Notes under the pieces: generated by a model
What the model was told of the DNA's origin: nothing
The model's database searches: none
The model's input: the letters and a program-made list of their open reading frames with translations, nothing else
Shown here: piece after piece, positions 25,091-32,000 of the stretch
How positions within the stretch are numbered: position 1 is the first letter of the stretch
Layout: each line of letters opens with the position of its first letter
NCBI GenBank assembly: GCA_025340205.1
Contig: CP006868.1
Location: 690,001-722,000 of the forward strand
Direction: 5' to 3'
Length of the DNA stretch: 32,000 nucleotides
Source of the DNA: Ignicoccus pacificus DSM 13166
Lineage (GTDB): Archaea > Thermoproteota > Thermoprotei_A > Sulfolobales > Ignicoccaceae
Position numbers and translations under genes: made by a program

Positions 25091-25717
25091 TTAAGTTTGT
25101 CCTTCCGCTCCTCGCTTGCTTAGTCGTAGGTACTCTTCAATCGTATGGACAAAGGTTAACGGATCTATGCACGTAACGCCCAACTTCCTAGCCATCTTAC
25201 AAAGTCCTTCATCATTGCTTACGAGGACAGCGCTCATCTGGTAAGCTAACATAACCGCTTCTAGGTCTGCCACCGAGTCAAGTAAGCCCTTTCGGGTACT
25301 TTCTCTATATTTCTCTCTTAAATTCCTAATGTGCTCTCCCACATCTCCTCCGCTGAACGCTTTCCTCGTGCTCTCTTCGGCAACCCTCAACCCCTTGTCA
25401 AGTCTTCTCCTGACCTCCTCAACGTACTCGAGGAAGACCAGCGCCGGTATCTTGAGATCGTTGAGGGAAGGAGTGGCCGGGGTCAACCAAACGTTGAGCC
25501 TAGCAACTACTTCGCTGGGAGAGGAGCTCCTCTCTAAGAACCCCTTGATCTCCTTTAGGACGGAAGGAGTGGTGTAATAGGTAAAGCCTAGCCTCACCCT
25601 CCCTAGGGCCATTAGATCTAAGCATTTGTCTACAGCCTCCCATAACTCGCTTACTTGGAACCTCTTCCGGAGCCTCGGATCGGTGAGGGCGCTAGTATCT
25701 AGGACGAACTTCATCAA
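25091..25717 (-). CDS. PIN_5/UPF0278 protein, a homologue of Aquifex RNA-free RNase P (HARP)
   Basis: FVLDTSAL..., LEYVEEVRRRLDKGLRVAEESTRKA, LREKYRE..RKGLLDSVADLEAVMLAYQ and VSNDEGL...IDP closely parallel the Aq_880/HARP sequence as I remember it. Size is about 208 aa. Confidence 0.75.
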   Translation of the reverse strand: MMKFVLDTSALTDPRLRKRFQVSELWEAVDKCLDLMALGRVRLGFTYYTTPSVLKEIKGFLERSSSPSEVVARLNVWLTPATPSLNDLKIPALVFLEYVEEVRRRLDKGLRVAEESTRKAFSGGDVGEHIRNLREKYRESTRKGLLDSVADLEAVMLAYQMSAVLVSNDEGLCKMARKLGVTCIDPLTFVHTIEEYLRLSKRGAEGQT

Positions 25718-25766
25718 AACTTCTCTGCCCTGGCCAGATACTTAAATGAGATATTTAATAGAGGGG

Positions 25767-26147
25767 CTAGCAAGTTAAGTGAAGTATAACACTCGCTTTG
25801 ACGCCTTTCATTAAGTAGTAATCGTAGAGGGCCACTGCTTGTGGAGTTCTCATCTCGATTAACTCGATGCCTTTATCCTTCAAATATGACTTGACCTCAT
25901 CCATAACTACCATCTTTCCCTCAAAGCCGGTACCGACGATCAGTAATTCCCCTTCTAATACATCTTCGTATTGCTTCAACTCCTCTAGGGATAAGGGAGT
26001 GTGAAAGAACTTCCAAGCGTAACGCTTGGAGGGTTTCCTGTCCCTCCACAACACCCTAGAAGGGGTGATGATCACATCTTGCTCATAAGCAGTGCCAGTG
26101 ATTAATACCTTCCGCCAACCAAGGCCCGTTATAAAATTATATTTCAA
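25767..26147 (-). CDS. Mth938-like domain protein (DUF498/NDUFAF3-like)
   Basis: About 126 aa with LLIVGTGFEGKM and a C-terminus ending ILHLTC, resembling Mth938. 11-nt overlap with the upstream aconitase-family gene. Confidence 0.65.
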   Translation of the reverse strand: MKYNFITGLGWRKVLITGTAYEQDVIITPSRVLWRDRKPSKRYAWKFFHTPLSLEELKQYEDVLEGELLIVGTGFEGKMVVMDEVKSYLKDKGIELIEMRTPQAVALYDYYLMKGVKASVILHLTC

Positions 26148-27426
26148 GGTCCCTTACCCTCATGTTCAAGTACTTCCTTGGATCAGTTATCTTGCCCTCT
26201 ATAGCACTGGCCGCTGCCGTGGCTGGACTGGCTAGGTACACCTTGCTGCTTCTATGTCCACTCCTCCCCTTGAAGTTTCTGTTGGTGGTGAACAAGCCGA
26301 CCTCGTCAGGACCTAGAACTCCGTAGTGAGCTCCCACACAAGGTCCACAGGTTCCGAAGGTCACCATACATCCCGCTTCGGTAAGAATGTCTACATATCC
26401 CTTCTTCAAGGCCTCTAAGTAGACGTTCCTCGAAGCAGCTATCACTATACACCTCGTATTGTTGGCTATCTTCTTACCCTTCAATATCTTGGCTGCAACA
26501 GCTAGGTCTTCTAGCCTTCCGTTAGTACAGCTTCCTATGAATACTTGATCTATCTCTAGACCCTCTAGCTCGCTTACGGGAACTCCGTTGGCGGGAGAAT
26601 AAGGTTTGGCCACCATGGGCTCTATCTTGTCTAACTCGTACGTGAACTCGTCCTTGTAGTGAGCTCCGGGATCGGGGAACGTGAGCTCGGGCTTAGGAGT
26701 ACCCTTTGCTCTTCCCTCCATGAACCTCATCACTTCCTCATCCGCTGGCATAAGACCTACCTTAGCGCCCATCTCAACTACCATGTTGCTTACCGTTAGT
26801 CTAGAGTCCATCCTCATGTCCTTTAGACCTTCACCCACAAATTCCGTACTCATATAAGTTGCTCCGTCCTCCTTTAGATCAGATATTATCTTCAGAATCA
26901 AGTCCTTACTCATAACAGCGTTTTGGAACTTACCCTTTAATTCAAACTTAAGCGCTTCTGGTACCTTAAACCACAGCTTTCCAGTCATCATGGCTATAGC
27001 GGCATCAGTGGAGCCCACACCGGTGGCAAAGGAGCCGACGGCCCCATAAGTTACGGTGTGTGAATCTGCTCCCACGACCACGCTTCCGGGATATGGATAT
27101 CCGTTCTCTACCATCACTTGATGACATATACCATTCCCCACATCGAAGAGCTTACATCCATGCCTCCTGCAGAACCTCCTCATAAGGATGTGGAGCTCAG
27201 AGGTGCCAGGGTTGTTACTCGGGGCGGTATGATCGATCACTAAGACCACTTTCTTCGGATCGGCTACCCTTTCTCCACCAAACCTTTCGTTCATGACCTT
27301 AATGGCCAAGGGCGCCGTTCCATCTTGTGCCATCACTGCATCTACTTCCACGGCAATTATGTCGCCCGGCGATACTTCCTTGCCTACCTTGGCTCCTAGT
27401 ATCTTTTCAGCTATAGTACTCGCCAA
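26137..27426 (-). CDS. Aconitase-family dehydratase large subunit (3-isopropylmalate dehydratase or homoaconitase type)
   Basis: IAEKIL...D.VMAQDGT, IDH..PS, GICHQ, GADSHT and the Fe-S Cys motifs GSCTNGR and CGPC. TTG start with GGGGTG upstream. Confidence 0.85.
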   Translation of the reverse strand: MASTIAEKILGAKVGKEVSPGDIIAVEVDAVMAQDGTAPLAIKVMNERFGGERVADPKKVVLVIDHTAPSNNPGTSELHILMRRFCRRHGCKLFDVGNGICHQVMVENGYPYPGSVVVGADSHTVTYGAVGSFATGVGSTDAAIAMMTGKLWFKVPEALKFELKGKFQNAVMSKDLILKIISDLKEDGATYMSTEFVGEGLKDMRMDSRLTVSNMVVEMGAKVGLMPADEEVMRFMEGRAKGTPKPELTFPDPGAHYKDEFTYELDKIEPMVAKPYSPANGVPVSELEGLEIDQVFIGSCTNGRLEDLAVAAKILKGKKIANNTRCIVIAASRNVYLEALKKGYVDILTEAGCMVTFGTCGPCVGAHYGVLGPDEVGLFTTNRNFKGRSGHRSSKVYLASPATAAASAIEGKITDPRKYLNMRVRDLEI

Positions 27427-27525
27427 GATAGCACCCCATGCCGCGTTCGCTTACAATAAATAAACTGTTTCTTCCGTCCCCATTTACATAGGTGAGAGAG
27501 GATTAGGGTTTCTGAAGAGATTTAC

Positions 27526-28155
27526 TTGGTAGCCGGTCCTCCTCTTAATGATGAAGGACAAGCCTTCTTAGTAAAAGCAGAGTGTCCGTTCTTAGTGGAT
27601 TCTGGAGCCTTTGGCGAGGTTGCGTTTCAAAACGTACTCTATTATGGTGTTCAACCCTCCGAATTGGAAGTTTTGGTTAATACTCATGCCCATGTAGATA
27701 GGGCTGGAGGTGATTGGCTCTTCCATGAAGCTGGTGTTACCGTAGCAGCTGGAGAAAGAGACGCTATAGCGATACAGCGAGGTGATCGTGAATACACGGC
27801 AGCAGACATGATAGGAGTAGAGCTCAAGCCTACGCCAGTTGGTTGGATAGTTAAGGAAGAAGCGTTGGTATGTGGAGCCGAGCTCCTCTTGCTTCCAGGC
27901 CACACGGCGAGTAGCTTAGGCATTTACTACGAGGGCGTTCTACTCGCTGGAGACTTACTGGGTCCGCTTTGCACAAAGTGGGGGAGCGAGGGGGAGGCTT
28001 GGATTAAGAGTATCGAGAAAGCCTTGTCATTAGAGCCTAACGTTATGTGTGCAAACAACGAATGTTTTTACGGGAAACATAAGGTTCGCTTTATGTTAGA
28101 GAAGTCTCTCGAAATGGGGCCACCTTGGCTGGAAGAATGTAAACCGAAAAATTAA
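27526..28155 (+). CDS. Metallo-beta-lactamase-fold protein with a degenerate metal motif
   Basis: NTHAHVDRAGG (HxHxDH with the last H replaced by R), LPGHTASS and AGDLL. The N-terminus appears clipped; see findings. Confidence 0.6.
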   Translation: MVAGPPLNDEGQAFLVKAECPFLVDSGAFGEVAFQNVLYYGVQPSELEVLVNTHAHVDRAGGDWLFHEAGVTVAAGERDAIAIQRGDREYTAADMIGVELKPTPVGWIVKEEALVCGAELLLLPGHTASSLGIYYEGVLLAGDLLGPLCTKWGSEGEAWIKSIEKALSLEPNVMCANNECFYGKHKVRFMLEKSLEMGPPWLEECKPKN

Positions 28156-28214
28156 TTAACCCAACTCTCCACCCTACCAAACGGAGGCCTCCCGGGAGAG
28201 GCGGGAGGCCCGGT

Positions 28215-28315
28215 GGGCCCGTAGCTCAGCTTGGTAGAGCGGCGGGCTCTTAACCCGTAGAGGCGGGGCTTGACCGTCGCGGAAGTCCCGGGTTCAAATC
28301 CCGGCGGGCCCGCCA
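28215..28315 (+). tRNA. tRNA-Lys(CUU) with a non-canonical roughly 24-nt intron in the variable region (near position 45/46); CCA encoded
   Basis: Acceptor GGGCCCG/CGGGCCC. D arm GCUC..GAGC. An intact anticodon arm GCGGG-CU-CUU-AA-CCCGU. An extra approximately 28261-28284 sits between AG and GUC of the variable loop. T arm CCGGG-UUCAAAU-CCCGG. G plus CCA. Confidence 0.85.
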
Positions 28316-28558
28316 CGACCCAATGGGCTCCTACACCTCCCTCCTCCATTACACTTCTCAACTCAGTACATTCCAAAACACCCAGCGTAATCACCAAACC
28401 GCGCCTAAGCCTCACTTCAGCAAACCATCACTCGAAAAGCCTTCTAAGTAAGGAGCACAAACATAAGTCAAAGAACATTAGTCTTCACAAGAGAAGCAAG
28501 GCTTGTAGATTTTCATCTATAAATATATAGAAAGTGCAAAACTCGTGAGACTTTACGT

Positions 28559-29416
28559 TTATCTCTTAACTTTACCCTTAATATACTCAGCTACTTTCTT
28601 AGCTACATCCATCCCCGTAGCTCTCATAAAGCCTTTGAATTCGGGCACGCCGTTGACTTCGTTAACCAAAAGCCCGTCTTGATACTCGAAGAGATCTATC
28701 GACACTACTTCTCCCTTTAGGGCCTTGGCAGCTTTCAGTGCAAGCTCACAAGCATCACACGAGTCCTCGAGCTTCTTCACGTTGGCTCCTAGGGCTACGT
28801 TTGATCTCCACTCACCCTCTTGAGGTATTCTGTAGATACAGCCTAGGCACTCGTCTCCCACTACGAAGCATCTAATGTCTCTGTTACTTGGCATCTTGAC
28901 GTATTCTTGGACTATGTGTGCCTTCATCTGGGGTGAGCTCATCATGCTTCTATGCTCAATTACTATATTGGCCTCGTGCCAATCTCTAATCAAGCTGACT
29001 AACCTTCCCCAGCTTCCTATAGGAGGCTTATCGACCAGCGGGAATCCCATCTGTAGGTATGCCTTGACTGTAGAGTCTCCGTTGAGGGAGACTATAGTCT
29101 TCGGTATTGGTATATTGTGGGAGGCAAGGATTGAATAGGTCAGTATCTTGTCGCCAGAGTACATTATTGTAAACGAACTGTTAATTGGCTTTAGGGAGTT
29201 TGCCTCCAAGGCGGCTGCCGTGTAGAGAGACTTGAACATGCTGACTGCTCTTATTAACGGTATATGTTCCTCTATTCCGTTTAGTGGTAGCGGTTCTCTG
29301 GTAACGTTGAACGGTACTGCCTTCAGTCCCGCGTCCTCTAGAGCCTTCAGTAGTTTCTTCTCCTCTATTCGGGGCATATCATAATAGACCTTAACAACGA
29401 ACTGGAACCAACTCAC
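28559..29416 (-). CDS. lysX: RimK/LysX-family ATP-grasp ligase (amino-group carrier protein ligase, LysX or ArgX)
   Basis: Strong resemblance to Thermus LysX throughout, for example DKPPIGSWGRLV, IVQEYV..P.RDIRCFVVG, VSIDLFE and GLLVNEVN. It lies 7 nt downstream of lysW. Confidence 0.85.
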   Translation of the reverse strand: MSWFQFVVKVYYDMPRIEEKKLLKALEDAGLKAVPFNVTREPLPLNGIEEHIPLIRAVSMFKSLYTAAALEANSLKPINSSFTIMYSGDKILTYSILASHNIPIPKTIVSLNGDSTVKAYLQMGFPLVDKPPIGSWGRLVSLIRDWHEANIVIEHRSMMSSPQMKAHIVQEYVKMPSNRDIRCFVVGDECLGCIYRIPQEGEWRSNVALGANVKKLEDSCDACELALKAAKALKGEVVSIDLFEYQDGLLVNEVNGVPEFKGFMRATGMDVAKKVAEYIKGKVKR

Positions 29417-29423
29417 CTCCCCC

Positions 29424-29594
29424 TCACTCGCCCCAGTCCTCAGCTGCCTCCTCGGCGACCTTGAGCTCTATTTTATCACCACTCTTCTTTACCTCTAATT
29501 GAGCGCCACAGCTCTCGCACTCGATTATCTCTCCATCCATGACGTCCTCGGGTAGCTCTATCTCAGCTCCACATACCGGACACTTAACCTTCAT
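29424..29594 (-). CDS. lysW: Amino-group carrier protein LysW (56 aa; not in the supplied ORF track)
   Basis: Hand translation gives MKVKCPVCGAEIELPEDVMDGEIIECESCGAQLEVKKSGDKIELKVAEEAAEDWGE. It has a zinc ribbon plus the diagnostic C-terminal EDWGE tail. GGTGGGGAGGAAAG lies upstream. Confidence 0.85.
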   Translation of the reverse strand: MKVKCPVCGAEIELPEDVMDGEIIECESCGAQLEVKKSGDKIELKVAEEAAEDWGE

Positions 29595-29646
29595 GATCTT
29601 TCCTCCCCACCCGTCCAGCCGGAAGGGGACTTAAAAGGGTTTTCGT

Positions 29647-29685
29647 AGAGTCCTCAGCTTTGCTACTTCAGTAGTTGAGGACTCT
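29647..29685. repeat. Inverted repeat (hairpin) between the carB stop and the lysW start
   Basis: AGAGTCCTCA (29647-56) and TGAGGACTCT (29676-85) are perfect complements. An inner CTAC/GTAG pair (29663-66/29671-74) closes a 4-nt loop. Confidence 0.4.
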
Positions 29686-29698
29686 TTAGCAATATATT

Positions 29699-32000
29699 TT
29701 AATCCTCAAAATACTCCGAATATTCCCTAATATCTAGTTCTGTCAACTTTTTCTTGCTTGATAAGAGACCAGTAACGTCTAACGCCTTCGTCAGTTCCAT
29801 AGCTAGTCTAGAGTTTAATATTATTGGAACGTTTAAGTCGACAGCAGTCCTCCTTACGACGTAATCTACTTCCTTGTTACTACCGCTCGTTATTACCCAC
29901 GTTATCTCACCTTTATTCATCATATCCTTAGCTTCATTGACATTTATCTCCTCCAAACCTTCAAGAGGGCTTTCCTTTAACGTTAGTACTTCGAAGTCGT
30001 TCTGCTCCAATATCTTAACGGCTTCAGTTAGGTACTTACTATCTGAAGGGTCATTCTTCTCTAAGGTGTATGCCAGTATCTTCTTTCCTTCCCGAGGCAG
30101 CTCGTTTGGTACTGCTGAGAGCCATGAAAGGATTAACGCTTCTTCATACACCTTGCTGAAGACAGCTACCTCACCGGTACTCCTCATCTCAGGCCCTAAG
30201 TCCGGATACACTCCCTTCATCTGCGTCCAACTGAACTGAGGGCTCTTCACTCCCCAAACAGGGGTGGGAGGCTCCAAGAGCTCTTCATCTATTCCTAGGG
30301 ACCCGTTCAGCACGGCCTTGGCAGCGTATTCCATCAAGTTAATCCTCCTAGACTTACTCGTAAACGGCATACTTCTACTCGCTCTAAGATTTAGTTCTAT
30401 TACATAGGGTTCATTGTTAACGATGACGAACTGAATGTTGTATGGACCTACTATCTCTAATTCGTTAACGAGCATAAGAGCTATTTCCTTCATCCTATTC
30501 TTGGTGTAATCACTCAGTCTCGCCGGCGTAACCATAGTGGAATCGCCAGAGTGAACTCCAGCGGGCTCTACGTGACTAACTGGAATCACTATCGTGTGCC
30601 TACTATCGCCTACGCCGTCCAGTTCAGCTTCCTTGGCACCCACGAAGAACTCAGAGACGACTACGGGGTATTCTGGACTGATCTTGGCTGCCAGTTGCAA
30701 GAACTTCACTAACTCCTCCCAACTCCATATAATTCTCATTGCAGAACCGCTGAGAACATAACTCGGTCTGACGATTACTGGGAAGCCTACCTCCTCGATG
30801 AACCTCCGTACCTCATTTAGATCTCTAGCAGCGATCCACCTCGGTTGCTTTATTCCGAGTTTATCCAACAGGGCACTGAACTTACTCCTATCTTCGGCTC
30901 TATCTACGCTCTCGCCCGAGGTTCCTAATATAGGAACCCCGTAGCTCTGGAGCTTCTTGTATAATCGATTGGCTATTTGACCTCCTGCAAACGCTATTAC
31001 GCCCCATGGTTTCTCCTTCTTGCTTATCTTGTATACGCTCTCCAAGCTCAATTCATCGAAGTACAGCTTGTCGCTTTCATCCCAATCGGTTGAAACTGTC
31101 TCGGGGTTGTAATTTACCACTATTACCTCCTCTGAGCCCATTTTCTTTAATGCCTTAGTTACGTTGACTACCGCCCAATCGAACTCGACTGACACGCCTA
31201 TCCTGAAGACACCCGCTCCTAGAACTATCGTCTTCATCCTCTTAGGAGAAAAGTCTGGATCGTCTTCCATTCCATCGTAGGTTAGATACAAGTAATTGGT
31301 TACCGCAGGCCACTCCGCGGCTAACGTATCTATTCTTTTCACATAGGGCAGCGCCCCTTCCCGGATATCCTTCTTAAGTTGTTTATCCGTAAAGCCTAGT
31401 GACTTGAAATATTCATAATCTATCTTCCCTTGATTTATCTCCTTTTGAGCGTCCACTATCTCCTGAATCCAATAAAGGAAGTACTTGTCAGTACCATAGG
31501 CTTCGTGGACTTCGTCTATGCTTGCTCCCTCCCATAAGGCCTTAGCAGCGTAAAGAGGCCAATAGGGTTCCCTCTTCCTAAGCTTCTCTAGAGCCTCATC
31601 CTTGCTCATATCCCTTATATCCTTAAAGTCTGTAATCCCTTCGTAACCGAGATCCAACATCCTTATTGCCTTCTGAAGGGCTTCAGCGACGTTTCTTCCT
31701 ATGGCCATTACCTCTCCTATGCTCTTCATCTCACTATCCAAGTTTCTTATAGATCCTTCAAACTTATCCAAGTCCCACCTAGGCACTTTTATTACAACGT
31801 AGTCAAGGCTCGGCTCGAAACACGCACACGTTATACCGGTAACCTTATTCAATATTTCGTATATCTTGTATCCCAAGGCTATTTTTGCTGCTATATAGGC
31901 TAGAGGATATCCGGTAGCTTTACTGGCTAACGCACTGCTTCTGCTCATCCTAGGGTTAGTCTCAATAACATAGAAGGTCTCGCTCTTAGGGTCCAACGTA
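29699..32000 (-). CDS. carB: Carbamoyl-phosphate synthase large subunit, 3' part (N-terminus lies beyond the window end)
   Basis: The ETNPRMSRSSALASKATGYPLA end of the first ATP-grasp half, the oligomerisation region, a second ATP-grasp half (VLGAGVFRIG..., IELNLRASRSMPF) and an MGS-like C-terminal domain. The frame is open to the window edge. Confidence 0.9.
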   Translation of the reverse strand, partial: TLDPKSETFYVIETNPRMSRSSALASKATGYPLAYIAAKIALGYKIYEILNKVTGITCACFEPSLDYVVIKVPRWDLDKFEGSIRNLDSEMKSIGEVMAIGRNVAEALQKAIRMLDLGYEGITDFKDIRDMSKDEALEKLRKREPYWPLYAAKALWEGASIDEVHEAYGTDKYFLYWIQEIVDAQKEINQGKIDYEYFKSLGFTDKQLKKDIREGALPYVKRIDTLAAEWPAVTNYLYLTYDGMEDDPDFSPKRMKTIVLGAGVFRIGVSVEFDWAVVNVTKALKKMGSEEVIVVNYNPETVSTDWDESDKLYFDELSLESVYKISKKEKPWGVIAFAGGQIANRLYKKLQSYGVPILGTSGESVDRAEDRSKFSALLDKLGIKQPRWIAARDLNEVRRFIEEVGFPVIVRPSYVLSGSAMRIIWSWEELVKFLQLAAKISPEYPVVVSEFFVGAKEAELDGVGDSRHTIVIPVSHVEPAGVHSGDSTMVTPARLSDYTKNRMKEIALMLVNELEIVGPYNIQFVIVNNEPYVIELNLRASRSMPFTSKSRRINLMEYAAKAVLNGSLGIDEELLEPPTPVWGVKSPQFSWTQMKGVYPDLGPEMRSTGEVAVFSKVYEEALILSWLSAVPNELPREGKKILAYTLEKNDPSDSKYLTEAVKILEQNDFEVLTLKESPLEGLEEINVNEAKDMMNKGEITWVITSGSNKEVDYVVRRTAVDLNVPIILNSRLAMELTKALDVTGLLSSKKKLTELDIREYSEYFED

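Noticed and set aside
25091-25717. Interpreting the PIN-domain protein as a VapC toxin of a toxin-antitoxin pair
   Set aside because: There is no small upstream antitoxin ORF. The size (208 aa) and the internal helical insert with LREKYRE...LLDS motifs fit PIN_5/HARP rather than ~130-aa VapC.
28152-28530. ORFs 28152-28415 (-) and 28270-28530 (+) around tRNA-Lys
   Set aside because: Both depend on sequence inside the tRNA gene or its leader, and they continue into compositionally skewed non-coding DNA.
1-32000. CRISPR arrays, IS elements or transposases, integrases, rRNA genes and prophage-like clusters
   Set aside because: I looked for regularly spaced direct repeats, terminal inverted repeats and the corresponding ORFs. 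I found none. The window is housekeeping-dense.

Overview
Gene-dense archaeal chromosomal segment. It looks crenarchaeote and hyperthermophile-like: eL14, aIF2-beta, Rpp21/Rpp30, Trm1, archaeal-type GAPDH, LysW/LysX, intron-containing tRNAs, AGG/AGA/ATA-rich codon usage, and GC-rich stable RNAs in a moderate-GC background. I see no integrase, transposase, CRISPR array or rRNA.

Contents in order:
- A Thr/Val-rich low-complexity ORF of about 885 aa.
- A four-gene 2-oxoacid:ferredoxin oxidoreductase operon (gamma-delta-alpha-beta).
- truD and rpl14e.
- An M50 site-2 protease, then mdh.
- A roughly 190-nt GC-rich structured RNA directly in front of the RNase P protein gene rnp3 (Rpp30).
- A PUA-type rRNA methyltransferase and a small membrane protein.
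- A lone transketolase N-terminal half.
- aIF2-beta, a DHH phosphoesterase and a Zn-ribbon ORF.
- An operon of an RHH/coiled-coil protein plus a MacB/FtsX-type ABC transporter.
- A UPF0179 protein.
- tRNA-Arg(CCU) with a canonical intron, followed by an odd tRNA-like element that has only an acceptor stem, T-arm and CCA.
- trm1.
- A long minus-strand run: aconitase-family large subunit, Mth938-like, HARP/PIN_5 (RNA-free RNase P homologue), gap, feoB, a small ORF, rnp4 (Rpp21), a YhbY-like gene, a metallophosphoesterase and a small Cys-rich ORF.
- An MBL-fold protein.
- tRNA-Lys(CUU) with a non-canonical intron in the variable region.
- lysX and lysW (lysW is not in the ORF track), then the 3' 2.3 kb of carB.

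Most interesting items:
- The unassigned structured RNA or leader whose closing helix overlaps the rnp3 Shine-Dalgarno.
- The D-arm/anticodon-less tRNA-like element.
- The extreme Thr/Val-rich ORF.
- A HARP gene in the same window as two RNP-type RNase P protein genes.

All product calls rest on my reading of motifs and remembered family sequences. No database search was run.
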